From NCBI GenBank assembly GCA_030605575.1, contig JAUWIC010000071.1, positions 1-51,183 of the forward strand: a DNA stretch of 51,183 nt, written 5' to 3'. The stretch comes from Dehalococcoidia bacterium. GTDB lineage: Bacteria; Chloroflexota; Dehalococcoidia; Dehalococcoidales; E44-bin46. How positions within the stretch are numbered: position 1 is the first letter of the stretch; the number at the start of each line of letters is the position of its first letter. The translations under genes were made by a program, and so were the position numbers. The notes beneath the pieces were generated by a model. It had not been told where the DNA came from, ran no database searches, and worked only from the letters and a program-made list of their open reading frames with translations. Positions 1-10,179 of this stretch are shown here, one piece after another.

Positions 1-180
1 GGGCAGGCCCTCTCCGAGGTGACTCGTCAGGTATTCACCTGGTTCACCATCGACAAGCGGGGCTATGGACTAACTCAGAAGGCATGGGTATCAGCCTATG
101 AGTTTCGGGAAGAGTTCAAACAGCTACTGGCTCAGCGTATCACAATTGATACACACGCCCCAGCATTGGAGATGGTGTAG
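1..180 (+). CDS. 3' end of an unidentified ORF entering from the left window edge and terminating inside antisense comM sequence
   Basis: Frame 1 is open from nt 1 to TAG at 178-180 (...FTWFTIDKRGYGLTQKAWVSAYEFREEFKQLLAQRITIDTHAPALEMV*). No family recognised. Only 59 codons are visible. Confidence 0.3.
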   Translation, partial: GQALSEVTRQVFTWFTIDKRGYGLTQKAWVSAYEFREEFKQLLAQRITIDTHAPALEMV

Positions 181-1001
181 TGAGGCGAACGGAAGGGACG
201 GTGTCTAAGTATGGGGGTATCTGCGGGAAGCAGACCGCTGACACTATAAATCTTGGTAGTCTCCAGCGCTTCTTCAGTGGTCATTGGTGGCAATATTGAA
301 GGCAGCGAACGTGCCAGTAGCGTTTTACCGCTTCCCGGAGGTCCTATCATTATTACATTATGTCCTCCAGAAGCAGCTACCTCTAGGGCTCGCTTAACAT
401 GCTCTTGTCCTTTGATGTAAGCCAGGTCAGTAATTGAACCGGCAGGTGGGGTGTATTCCTGAATTTCCCCAGGCTGATATTCTGGTATCGGTATTTCCTG
501 CCGCAGATAACTAACCAGCTGCGATAGTGAGGCGGTAGGAGTGATTTTGGTGCCTTCTATTAAGGATGCCTCTTTAGCATCAGCCTCAGGCACAATAACG
601 GTCGGGAATCCTTCCTGGTGAGCTAGGGCAACCATAGGTAACACACCGTTGGTGTGGCGCAGGCTGCCGTCCAGGGACAGCTCACCAAGGATAATAGTTT
701 GGGAAACATCGGCATATATTTGTTCCGAGCTGAGAAGGATACCAACGGCAATAGGTAAATCATAAGCTGGGCCGGCTTTTTTAAGGTCGGCAGGGGCAAG
801 ATTAACTACGATGCGCTTCATAGGGAAGGTACAGCCGGAATTTCGGATGGCGGCGCGGACTCGCTCTCTGGCTTCCTGGACAGCGGTATCAGGCAAGCCA
901 ACGATAGTCATTGCCGGTAAGCCACTGGAAATATCTACCTCAACATCAACCAACCGACCCTCAAGGCCTACCACGGCGGCAGTTTTTACTGTGGCTAACA
1001 T
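132..1001 (-). pseudogene. comM: comM/yifB (Mg-chelatase-like AAA+ competence protein), 3'-truncated after about 280 codons
   Basis: The N-terminal Lon-like domain (MLATVKTAAVVGLEG...VNLAPADLKKAGPAYDLPIAVGIL) and Walker A (GPPGSGKT) are present. Homology runs to RPFRSPHYTISNAG, then breaks (ACVSIVIR*) around nt 150-158. The expected LVGGG and Walker B (LFLDE) segments are absent. Confidence 0.75.
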
Positions 1002-1142
1002 GATACCTAACTTAATGGCTAATTACAGCTCGCACCAATAATAACACATGTTTGCCATTAGGCAAATAATGAAAGACTGGAGAAAAGAAGTCCTCACATT
1101 AGTAGTCAACTGCCTGGCTAGGCTTTTAGGGCAAGATTTCAT

Positions 1143-2579
1143 CTATGGCTCAACATTGCATATGAAGCTTTCCGGCATATCAAGGTAGGTGATGCTGCAA
1201 TCTTTGCCCATTAGGTTCTCCGCCTCGGATACTGCTTCTTCCACTGAGGCGAATGGCTCGAAACCCACCCTTCTGGCGGCTTCAAAGTCGGTGGCTCCGG
1301 CTAGAAAGACGCTACTAAGATAATTGAGACCATAGATTCCCTGCCCATACAGGATTAGGGGGTGAGAACCATGGAAGGCATAACCATATCTATACCTGTG
1401 AACGAACTCGGGGCGATGGGCGTATTCCTCAGCATAAAGGTCCCAGAGCTCAACAGCATCCTTAGTATGGGGGAGAACCTTTTCGTAGAACTCAACATAG
1501 GAGGGATACTTAAGTGCGTCGAATTGTTTCGGGCAAGGGTGACAAACTATGAGTATTCCTCCTGGCTTCACCAGAGGAACATTCTGGAAGAGGCCGTAGG
1601 TGTAAGATAGCGCCAGATTTCTTACTAGAATGGGATTAATAGTGGATAGTTTGGAATAAGGGTCTCTTTTACTGTCCATACCACAGACCACCACATCAGA
1701 CTGCCCCTTTACATCCACTACCAACTGTTGGTCCATTATTTCCAGACCTTTCTCATGAGCTTCTGGCGGGTGACCGGCCACAACCTGAACTAACTCCTGT
1801 GGCGCTGCGTTATTCATCGTGCCTTCAATGACGAGAACACGGCGTCCCTTCTTGGCTAATTCATTTTCGACAACGGCACCCATTTCATTGAGCAGTTTGG
1901 GGAAGGCTGAGCGTTTGGGGTCCAGTACCGATCTGCCTGAGGCCTTAGCGAAGGGACGATGATGGTGTCGCATGAGTCTCCAGCTGCCCAAACCGACGAC
2001 AACCGTCTTCCAGCCGCCGTTGAATTGACACCAGGGATGGCTTACATATATGAGCTGGTCGGAATCGGTAACTAAGCGGCTTACCTCCACTTCCTGACCT
2101 CGCTTGGTCTCGCCTAGGAATACCAGGTTATCTTTGTCCTCGGCATCGAAATTGAACAATCTGCTTGCGCTAGTTCGGCTAACTAGCTCCTCACCTAATA
2201 TGGTGGCTAGCTCGCTTGGAGTCCACATCCGGTGCAGGGCTATAGCGCAAACCAGACGGATATTGCCCGAATCTACGCCGAGTTTACTGAGTTCCTCCAG
2301 CAGCACCTTAATGGCTACCTCCCGAAAACCAGGCTGCTTCTCGGGGGGAACATAACCGATAAGGTCATCAAAGGCAATGGTAACCTTGGATTTGGAGTTC
2401 ACCAGCTTGGATAAAGGCTCATGAGCAATCGGTGAGTTCAAGGCGTCACGCACCGCCTGAGCAGGGTCAGGGAGAGCCGGGAGTGGCTTGTTCGTTTGCT
2501 TTATGACCCTGGTCCTCTCCGGTAGCTCTGCCCGAATGGTATTATCTCCGTATGGTATCTGGAAAACACTCGCTGACAT
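1143..2579 (-). CDS. LarA-like (DUF2088, lactate racemase family) protein
   Basis: 478 aa. The N-terminal IPYGDNTIRAELPE and AIALHRMWTPSELATILGEE match the LarA-family layout as I remember it. This is a family-level call only. Confidence 0.55.
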   Translation of the reverse strand: MSASVFQIPYGDNTIRAELPERTRVIKQTNKPLPALPDPAQAVRDALNSPIAHEPLSKLVNSKSKVTIAFDDLIGYVPPEKQPGFREVAIKVLLEELSKLGVDSGNIRLVCAIALHRMWTPSELATILGEELVSRTSASRLFNFDAEDKDNLVFLGETKRGQEVEVSRLVTDSDQLIYVSHPWCQFNGGWKTVVVGLGSWRLMRHHHRPFAKASGRSVLDPKRSAFPKLLNEMGAVVENELAKKGRRVLVIEGTMNNAAPQELVQVVAGHPPEAHEKGLEIMDQQLVVDVKGQSDVVVCGMDSKRDPYSKLSTINPILVRNLALSYTYGLFQNVPLVKPGGILIVCHPCPKQFDALKYPSYVEFYEKVLPHTKDAVELWDLYAEEYAHRPEFVHRYRYGYAFHGSHPLILYGQGIYGLNYLSSVFLAGATDFEAARRVGFEPFASVEEAVSEAENLMGKDCSITYLDMPESFICNVEP

Positions 2580-2648
2580 TAGCCGTAACCTCCCATCTTA
2601 ATTACTCTAGCTATATTAAAATCCTTGGCTAACTAGCTGTCAAGTTGT

Positions 2649-3203
2649 CTAACTGCCCAGGCTAAATTCCCATTGACAGCAAATATCATCCTTGCTCTTT
2701 CTCGGGGGTGATTTAAGGCACTTTACTTCTATATCAGGGTTGAAGAAAGCGGCATAAGCTTTCATGATTCTGGGGTCAACTATGTTACAAATCTCGTCCT
2801 CTCTCCCCTTACCCTCCGCCTCTAAAGCGTCTAGAGTGGGACAATAGGTAACCGTGAACAGGGCGTTATTTTTACTCTTAATTTCTATGTTGAATTTCAT
2901 CACCAGGCACCAGGGGCATATCTGGAAAGCCTTCATAAGGGCAATGACATCATTTCCCCGGATTTTCAGTTGCCTCTTAATCCTCGCCATTTCATATTTA
3001 CAAGTGCTTTCCCAAGCTTGTATATCGCAGGCTAAAGCCTCTTTGTCGCCCAGCCTTTCTTTCACGGCAAGATACCAGAGCCCATCCAGGGCTATGTATA
3101 GTTTGGCGTATAGCTTTAATAACTCGACAAGTGTATCCGGGGAGAAATCGCTGAGTTTTAGATTGGGCAGGAATTCACCACTGTAATTGCTCAGTTTTTT
3201 CAA
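2649..3203 (-). CDS. hypothetical Cys-rich protein
   Basis: The ORF is open to GTG at 3218. However, AAGGAGG lies inside codons 2-4 and is followed 5 nt later by in-frame TTG at 3203, which is the more likely start. Cys motifs are CPWC, CPT and CCQWE. No family assigned. Confidence 0.5.
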   Translation of the reverse strand: MKKLSNYSGEFLPNLKLSDFSPDTLVELLKLYAKLYIALDGLWYLAVKERLGDKEALACDIQAWESTCKYEMARIKRQLKIRGNDVIALMKAFQICPWCLVMKFNIEIKSKNNALFTVTYCPTLDALEAEGKGREDEICNIVDPRIMKAYAAFFNPDIEVKCLKSPPRKSKDDICCQWEFSLGS

Positions 3204-3447
3204 TATAACCTCCTTCACGGTAGATTATCTTGACTTTTGATTTGATTGGTGGGCTAATAGTCTATGTGCGTTTACCATAGCATTTACTCTTGCTATGTTA
3301 AGGGTTCTGGTGGGTGGTCGTCAAGGCCTCTAACCAGCTCGAAACCAACTCCTATTTTACCGCGAAGTTTATGGGTGTCAACGGAGTGGACGCTTGTTGT
3401 GTTTTGGGTCTGGTGCTAAAATACAGTTGTCAAACACGGAGGGGGAC

Positions 3448-6303
3448 ATGCCATTAGATTCCATAGTTGTCAAAGGGGCTCGTGAGCATAACCTCAAGAA
3501 TATAGATGTAGTTATCCCGCGGGATAAGCTGGTAGTTATTACCGGTGTCTCGGGCTCGGGTAAGAGCTCATTGGCGTTTGATACCATTTATGCTGAAGGT
3601 CAGCGCCGCTATGTGGAATCGCTATCGGCTTATGCCCGTCAGTTCTTGGGCAGGATGGAAAAGCCCGAGGTTGATTATATTGAAGGGTTGAGCCCAGCCA
3701 TTTCTATTGACCAGAAGGGTCCGAGTCGGAACCCACGGTCTACGATGGGGACGGTAACCGAGATTTATGATTATTTGCGGCTACTTTTTGCCCGGGCGGG
3801 TCATCCCCATTGCCCCAAATGTGGACGAGAGATTGCTATGCAGACGGTACAGCAGATTGTTGATGCTGTAAGCGCCCTCCCCGAAAATAGCCGGATTATG
3901 GTTCTGGCACCATTGATTAGAGACCGTAAGGGTGAGTATCAAGCGGTGTTTGACGATTTGCGCAAGGAGGGCTATGTCAGGGTTCGAGTTGATGGGCGTA
4001 TCCGTGACCTGTCTGAAGAGTTTCAACTTGATAAGAATAAAAAGCACTCCATTGAGGCGGTGGTAGACAGATTGGTAATGGGGCAAAGCGGAAGTCAAAG
4101 CCGTATTGCTGATTCAGTTGAAACTGCCCTCAAGCTCGGGGCGGGGGTAGTTCTGGTGTCTATTATTGACGGTGAGGAATTACTGTTCTCGGAGCACTTT
4201 GCTTGTGTGCGTTGTGGCATTAGCCTGGGTGAGATTGCTCCCAGAACATTTAGCTTTAATTCTCCTCACGGGGCTTGTCCCGCCTGCACCGGATTAGGGG
4301 TCAAACTGGAGATAGCCCCCGAGCTGGTTATCCCCAATAAGGAGCTCTCCATAGCTCAAGGGACGATTCACCCCGGGTGGTGGTTCTCTTGGCACGCTAA
4401 CGAGTTAGAAATTTTAGCCCGACGCTATGGCTTTTTTCTTCATACCCCGGTTAAGGAGCTTAGTGAGCGTCACCTTAAGCTTATACTTTATGGTGAAGGA
4501 GGGGAGCTGGTAAGGTACAGGAATCGCTATGGTCGGGTCAGGGAGTATTTTACCGGGTATGAGGGGGTTATTCCTTATCTGGAGCGTCTAGCTCATGATA
4601 CCCAGTCAGAACGTACCCGGGCTGAGATTGAACGCTATATGGTGTCCACACCGTGTCCAGTTTGTCAGGGTAAGCGGCTTAAACCGGAGTCTTTAGCCGT
4701 AACCATTGATGGCAAAAATATTGTTGAGGTTAGCTCAATGTCGGTTACTCAGGCGTTAGACTGGGTGGCTACCCTCGGTGATGGTAAGAAGGCGATACTT
4801 ACCGGGCGTGAGCAAATAATAGCCCGTGAGATTCTCAAGGAGATTCAAGCCCGCCTGAACTTCCTTAAAGATGTAGGTCTGGATTATCTTACCCTGGACC
4901 GCCCCTCGGCTACTTTAAGTGGTGGTGAGGCACAGCGAATTCGCCTCGCCACTCAGATAGGTAGTGGGCTAATGGGTGTGCTTTACATTTGTGATGAACC
5001 GACAGTGGGTCTGCACCCGGCCGATGACTATCGTTTAATTGAGACCTTGAAACGGTTGAGGGACTTGGGTAATACTATATTGGTTGTTGAGCATGACGAG
5101 GCGATGATGCGGGCGGCTGACCATATTATTGATATGGGACCCGGGGCTGGGGAGCATGGTGGCTGGATTGTGACCACCGGGACTTTAGCTGATATCATAA
5201 ATTGCCCGGAGTCAATAACCGGTCAGTATCTCAGCCGGGTGAGGCAGATTCCTTTACCCCGGGAGCGTCGCTCTGGCTCAGGTGAGGAGCTGGTAGTGAA
5301 CGGAGCCAGGCAGAATAACCTGAAGAATATAGATGTCCATGTTCCCCTGGGCAAGTTTGTTTGTGTCACCGGGGTTTCGGGTAGCGGTAAGAGCACCCTT
5401 ATTGATGAGATTATGTATAAGAAGCTGGCACAGATGTTGTATCGGTCGAGGGAGAGGGCGGGTAGCTGTGATGGTATCATCGGGGTCGAGCATATTGACA
5501 AGGTGGTTAATATTGACCAGTCGCCTATTGGGCGTACCCCGCGTAGTAATCCAGCGACCTACACCGGGACCCTTACCCCTATTCGTGAGCTTTTCGCCAC
5601 TGTTCCCGAGGCTCGAATGAGGGGCTATGCTCCGGGTCGATTCTCGTTTAATGTCAAGGGTGGGCGGTGTGAAGCCTGTCGTGGTGAAGGATTTATTCGG
5701 ATTGAGATGCAGTTTTTGCCTGATGTCACCGTTCCCTGTGAGGTGTGTAAGGGGAAGCGCTATAATCGTGAGGCTCTGGAGATTAGATTTAAGGGCAAGA
5801 ACATCGCCGAGGTATTAGATATGACCGTGGAGCAAGCCCTGTCTTTCTTTGACCATTTCCCCAGGGTTAAGGGCAAACTGGGGACCCTGCGCGATGTAGG
5901 GCTGGGCTATATTCGCTTGGGTCAGCCGGCGCCTACCCTTTCTGGCGGTGAGGCACAGAGGGTGAAGCTAGCCACTGAGCTGTCACGGCGGTCTACGGGC
6001 AGGACATTATATATCCTTGATGAGCCGACCACCGGTCTTTCCTTTGAGGATGTGGCGGCACTACTACGAGTATTACAGCGTCTGGTTGATGCTGGTAATA
6101 CGGTGATTGTTATTGAGCATCATTTGGATGTGATTAAGAATGCTGATTATATAATTGACCTCGGACCTGGGGCTGGTGACCGGGGTGGCTATATTGTGGC
6201 GACAGGAACACCCGAGGAAATAGCTCGGGAGAAGTCTTCAATTACCGGGCGGTATCTCGGCAAAGTGCTGGCTAAGAGTATTGAGTATGCTTTAACCAGC
6301 TGA
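3448..6303 (+). CDS. uvrA: excinuclease ABC subunit A
   Basis: Two ABC ATPase modules ([14 protein letters not shown]; [11 protein letters not shown]), LSGGEAQR signatures and zinc-finger CxxC pairs. The start is set at ATG 3448, preceded by GGAGGGGG, rather than the ORF-track start 3394. Confidence 0.97.
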   Translation: MPLDSIVVKGAREHNLKNIDVVIPRDKLVVITGVSGSGKSSLAFDTIYAEGQRRYVESLSAYARQFLGRMEKPEVDYIEGLSPAISIDQKGPSRNPRSTMGTVTEIYDYLRLLFARAGHPHCPKCGREIAMQTVQQIVDAVSALPENSRIMVLAPLIRDRKGEYQAVFDDLRKEGYVRVRVDGRIRDLSEEFQLDKNKKHSIEAVVDRLVMGQSGSQSRIADSVETALKLGAGVVLVSIIDGEELLFSEHFACVRCGISLGEIAPRTFSFNSPHGACPACTGLGVKLEIAPELVIPNKELSIAQGTIHPGWWFSWHANELEILARRYGFFLHTPVKELSERHLKLILYGEGGELVRYRNRYGRVREYFTGYEGVIPYLERLAHDTQSERTRAEIERYMVSTPCPVCQGKRLKPESLAVTIDGKNIVEVSSMSVTQALDWVATLGDGKKAILTGREQIIAREILKEIQARLNFLKDVGLDYLTLDRPSATLSGGEAQRIRLATQIGSGLMGVLYICDEPTVGLHPADDYRLIETLKRLRDLGNTILVVEHDEAMMRAADHIIDMGPGAGEHGGWIVTTGTLADIINCPESITGQYLSRVRQIPLPRERRSGSGEELVVNGARQNNLKNIDVHVPLGKFVCVTGVSGSGKSTLIDEIMYKKLAQMLYRSRERAGSCDGIIGVEHIDKVVNIDQSPIGRTPRSNPATYTGTLTPIRELFATVPEARMRGYAPGRFSFNVKGGRCEACRGEGFIRIEMQFLPDVTVPCEVCKGKRYNREALEIRFKGKNIAEVLDMTVEQALSFFDHFPRVKGKLGTLRDVGLGYIRLGQPAPTLSGGEAQRVKLATELSRRSTGRTLYILDEPTTGLSFEDVAALLRVLQRLVDAGNTVIVIEHHLDVIKNADYIIDLGPGAGDRGGYIVATGTPEEIAREKSSITGRYLGKVLAKSIEYALTS

Positions 6304-6333
6304 CTTTTTGCCTGGCAGTGAAGGAGGGGACAA

Positions 6334-6885
6334 TTGACTCGAAAAGAAGTGCTTAATTCTGTTAACGAGAATGTAGAGAATAAGAATCTGGTAAAGCATA
6401 TGTTAGCCACCGAGGCTATAATGCGGGCTCTAGCCAGGCACCTGGGTGAGGATGAGGAGGAGTGGGGGCTTACCGGTCTGTTACATGATATAGATGTTGA
6501 GCTCACCGGGGGAGATATGAGCAGTCATAGCAAGTTGGGGGCTGACCTGGCCAGGGAGCTGGGGGCTAGTGAGGCTGTGGCTCATGCTATCCTGTGCCAC
6601 AATGAAGCCCATGGTGTTCCCCGGGAGACCAAGCTGGATAAGGCTCTATTCTGCGTTGACCCGCTGACTGGCTTAATCACCGCCGCGGCTTTGGTTCGTC
6701 CCGATAAAAAATTGGCTGCTCTTGAAGCTAAATCAGTGCTCAAAAGGTTTAAAGAGAAGAGCTTTGCCGCTGGGGCGAGTAGAGAACAGATTTCTCTATG
6801 TAGTGAAATCGGGCTTGAGCTTGGTGAATTTATCGAGCTCGGGCTGAAGGCAATGCAAGAAATCAGTAGCGACCTTGGACTCTAG
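6334..6885 (+). CDS. HD-domain phosphohydrolase
   Basis: 183 aa with LLHDID and HNEAHG motifs. The ORF-track start is TTG 6334. Confidence 0.7.
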   Translation: MTRKEVLNSVNENVENKNLVKHMLATEAIMRALARHLGEDEEEWGLTGLLHDIDVELTGGDMSSHSKLGADLARELGASEAVAHAILCHNEAHGVPRETKLDKALFCVDPLTGLITAAALVRPDKKLAALEAKSVLKRFKEKSFAAGASREQISLCSEIGLELGEFIELGLKAMQEISSDLGL

Positions 6886-6900
6886 ATTTAAGGAGATAAG

Positions 6901-7350
6901 ATGTACCAAAAAATATTAGCTCCGTTGGATGGCTCAGAGCTCGCCGAGCGCGCTCTGGGACACATTAAAATCGTCACTGAAGGCTCCCGTGCTTCCAAAG
7001 TAGTTCTGTTACAGGTAATACCGTGGCCTGCCCACCCCGCCCATACCCTATCTGACGAGCTTATACGTAGCGAAGGCGGGAAGGCTGAGGCTGGCGCCAG
7101 GGACTACCTTGCCCGAGTGGCCGATAGCCTGAAGGCTGATGGTATAGCTGTTGAGATTGACATAGCCCATGGCGGGGCAGCCGAAGGAATACTGGACTAC
7201 GCTAAGAAGAATAAGGTGGACCTAATTGTTATGAGCACTCACGGAAGGTCAGGGGTCTCCCGTTGGTTCTTCGGTAGTGTGGCGGAGAGGGTTCTACGCC
7301 ACTCTGTCATCCCCGTGCTCATAGTCCCATCATTTGGCGTCGGAAGGTAG
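6901..7350 (+). CDS. universal stress protein family
   Basis: MYQKILAPLDGSE...DLIVMSTHGRSGVSRWFFGSVAERVLRHSVIPVLIV, the typical Usp ATP-binding motif. AAGGAG lies upstream. Confidence 0.85.
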   Translation: MYQKILAPLDGSELAERALGHIKIVTEGSRASKVVLLQVIPWPAHPAHTLSDELIRSEGGKAEAGARDYLARVADSLKADGIAVEIDIAHGGAAEGILDYAKKNKVDLIVMSTHGRSGVSRWFFGSVAERVLRHSVIPVLIVPSFGVGR

Positions 7351-7382
7351 CCGGTGAGGTGCCCGGCAAAGTCTGCGGTTAG

Positions 7383-9953
7383 TTAACTCACTTCAAGGGT
7401 TGAGCCGGCGGCGGTTTTGACCACATTAATGCGAGTGGGAAAGGCGTCTCTAAGCTCCTCAATATGAGTGATAACCAGTATCTTATCAAAGTCATCTTGA
7501 ATTGAGTTTATCGCCTCTTTGAGTTTTTCTATGCCAACACTATCTTGAGTGCCAAAGCCTTCATCAATGACCAGAGTCGGCAGTGGGGCTCCAGCTCGCC
7601 TGGTCAGTAGCTTGGATAAAGCAATACGAATAGCGAAGTTGATGCGGAAGGCTTCACCACCGCTAAACATTTCATAATTTCGCGTCCCTAGCTCATCAGA
7701 GATATTAATATCCAGGGTTTCAATAACATTCCCTTTCTTTGTTTCCCGTTGCGTTTCAATTTTTATATGCATTCTATTGTCTGTCATGCGTCCTAGTAAT
7801 TTATTGGCTTCAGCTTCAATCTCGGGCAGTGCCCTTTCAATGAGTAAGGCTTGTATTCCTTTTTTGCCGAAGGCTTGAGCCAGGTCTCGGTAGATTTTCT
7901 CCTGTTTTGAAGCTTGAGCCAGCAGCTTTTCCTTTTCCCTACTTTTTATCTCCAATTCAGAGCAGCGCTGTAGCTTTGCCTTCACGCTCCATATTGTCTC
8001 CTGGGCTTGCTTCTGTTGTGTTACCAGCGCTTGGTGTTCAGTTTCAGCCTGGGTTAAATCATTAACCAGTTGTGGCAGTAGATTAAGCTCTTCACTTAGC
8101 TCTTGCCGTTTTTGATTATCAACCCCCAGGCTGTGGTGCAGCTCTTGAGCCGCCTCCTCAGCTCTTGATGCCGCCTCCTTTTCCTGGCTGATGAGCCGGT
8201 CAGCTTCTTCCAGCTTCCGCTTAAGACCTTCATACTGTTCCAGGTTAGTCAGGCGCTGGCGGACCTGTTCGTGCTGCTGGGCATCGTAGCCAAGTTTAGC
8301 TAATTCGCCCTCAAGCTCTCCCAGTGCTTCTTGTTCCGTAGTGGCAAAGTCCTTCCTAGCCAGATGTTCTTCAATCTCAGCTAGCCTTTTTCTTTCCTCG
8401 TCTAGCTTATGGCTAGCCTCCTCAGCCTCGGTAATCTCTTGGCTGGTGAGGCTGGCTTTGGTCTGGAACGAGGCTCTATCTTGATTTAGCTTTGTTTCTA
8501 ACTGGACTATTTCACTTTCCCACCGCTCAAGCTCCATTCTCCTTTGAGCTAGCTCGGCTTGATTTGACTTCAGGCAATCAAGTTTGCTTTGCCTGTCGGC
8601 GGTATACTTTGTCTCAATGAGCTTTAGACCTTCTGCCTCTAGCTCTGTCTCACATAGCGGGCACTTATTGCCACTTTGAGTCGTTAGCAAGTCAAGCTTT
8701 TCCTCTATTTCTTTTATGTCTCGTTCTAGTTGGGCTTTAGTAGATTCCAGGTAGTTGACCTGAGTTCGTAGTTCCTGGCTGCTTTGTCTTTTCCGGCTTA
8801 ATGTTTCTTCAGGCTCAGCTAACTGGTTTAGTTGAACCTGTATTTGCTGTAGTTCTTTCTTAAGTGAAGGTAGTTTTTGTGAGCTAATTTCTAATTCATT
8901 GATTCGGCTTTGAGCTACAGCGTGGTCTTTAACTAGGGCTTGTCCCATCTGCGTAATGCTCATCTGTAACTGGTGTTTACGCTCGTTTAGAGTGGTGGCT
9001 AGCCTGAACGTTTGGTCGAGTTCATCACTTAACTTCTTGGCTTCACTAAATTGGGCGTAGCCTTCTTCTATTGTGGAACGCTGGGCTATTAGCTCTTCAT
9101 ACTCTTTGAGCCGGGAGAGGTGTTGTTTAGCCTGGTCATCCCAGCGCTCTAGCTCTCTCATCATCTCGGCTATGTGCTCCTCTAGCTGAGTTAGTTGCAA
9201 CTTCTTATTTTCCAGGGATTCCTTTTCCTGTCGCAGGCTATTAAGTCTGGCTTCCTGCTCTTTTACTACTTTTTCTATGTCGGAGAGTTGACTCTGCCCC
9301 TGTTCCAACTCAGCCTCGTAGGCTGGCTTTTGGGTTAATTCATCACTGATGTCTTTGATAGCGCTCTCAAGCTGTGCCTTTTCTGTTTCCTGTTGTTTCG
9401 CCAGGTCTTTAGCCTGCTCTTCTAGTTCGTCGTAGAAGAAAAGCCCCAGAATATCAGCCAGCACCTGCTTGCGCTCGACCGGACGTTTGACGGTGAACTC
9501 GTCAGCCCGACCTTGTAGTAGGAGGGCACTGTTAACAAATGTGGGGTAATCCATGTGTAGAACATCAGTAATCTTCTGCTGGGTCTGGGTCATACTATTG
9601 CCCGTAATCGACCTGAAACCGTTCCCGGTAGCTATCTGAAATTCCAGGATAGTTTGTCCCGAGCGCCCTCGTCGTTTGGGCTTGGAGTGCTTGCGTATGA
9701 TGCGATATGGCTGTTGACCTACGGCGAAGTCAAACTCCACTTCCATTTCTGTCTGACCCAGGTGAATGAGGTCGTCATCACTCTTGGCTCTGGTTCTTCC
9801 CCATAACGCCCAGGTCATGGCATCAATTAGAGCCGACTTACCGTTGCCGTTATCACCTGAGATACAGGCGGTATGAATGCCATCAAAAGAGAGTGGCGGC
9901 ACATTCTCGCGGTAGCACATAAAATTGCGCACTGTTAGCTTAATGGGAATCAT
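7383..9953 (-). CDS. sbcC: SbcC/Rad50-like SMC-type ATPase
   Basis: Walker A GDNGNGKSALIDA, a long coiled coil with a CPLC zinc hook, signature FSGGEAFR and Walker B LVIDEGFG. Confidence 0.85.
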   Translation of the reverse strand: MIPIKLTVRNFMCYRENVPPLSFDGIHTACISGDNGNGKSALIDAMTWALWGRTRAKSDDDLIHLGQTEMEVEFDFAVGQQPYRIIRKHSKPKRRGRSGQTILEFQIATGNGFRSITGNSMTQTQQKITDVLHMDYPTFVNSALLLQGRADEFTVKRPVERKQVLADILGLFFYDELEEQAKDLAKQQETEKAQLESAIKDISDELTQKPAYEAELEQGQSQLSDIEKVVKEQEARLNSLRQEKESLENKKLQLTQLEEHIAEMMRELERWDDQAKQHLSRLKEYEELIAQRSTIEEGYAQFSEAKKLSDELDQTFRLATTLNERKHQLQMSITQMGQALVKDHAVAQSRINELEISSQKLPSLKKELQQIQVQLNQLAEPEETLSRKRQSSQELRTQVNYLESTKAQLERDIKEIEEKLDLLTTQSGNKCPLCETELEAEGLKLIETKYTADRQSKLDCLKSNQAELAQRRMELERWESEIVQLETKLNQDRASFQTKASLTSQEITEAEEASHKLDEERKRLAEIEEHLARKDFATTEQEALGELEGELAKLGYDAQQHEQVRQRLTNLEQYEGLKRKLEEADRLISQEKEAASRAEEAAQELHHSLGVDNQKRQELSEELNLLPQLVNDLTQAETEHQALVTQQKQAQETIWSVKAKLQRCSELEIKSREKEKLLAQASKQEKIYRDLAQAFGKKGIQALLIERALPEIEAEANKLLGRMTDNRMHIKIETQRETKKGNVIETLDINISDELGTRNYEMFSGGEAFRINFAIRIALSKLLTRRAGAPLPTLVIDEGFGTQDSVGIEKLKEAINSIQDDFDKILVITHIEELRDAFPTRINVVKTAAGSTLEVS

Positions 9954-10179
9954 TCAATAAGTCCCTCAGATAGCCACCTTTTTATTTATTTTACCATAAT
10001 TAAGAGATTACTTATCTCTGCCCCTCTCCTTCAAAGGGGGGGATATGAACCTAAAAGGAGAGGTTATTGACAGGTGAAAATGATTGTGATAGATTTTGTG
10101 TAATACTTTTGCCAAATGGCAAACATGTGTGATGTTGTCGACGCCTACAACCCCAGCTCCCCTGAGAGGAGGACGAGCC

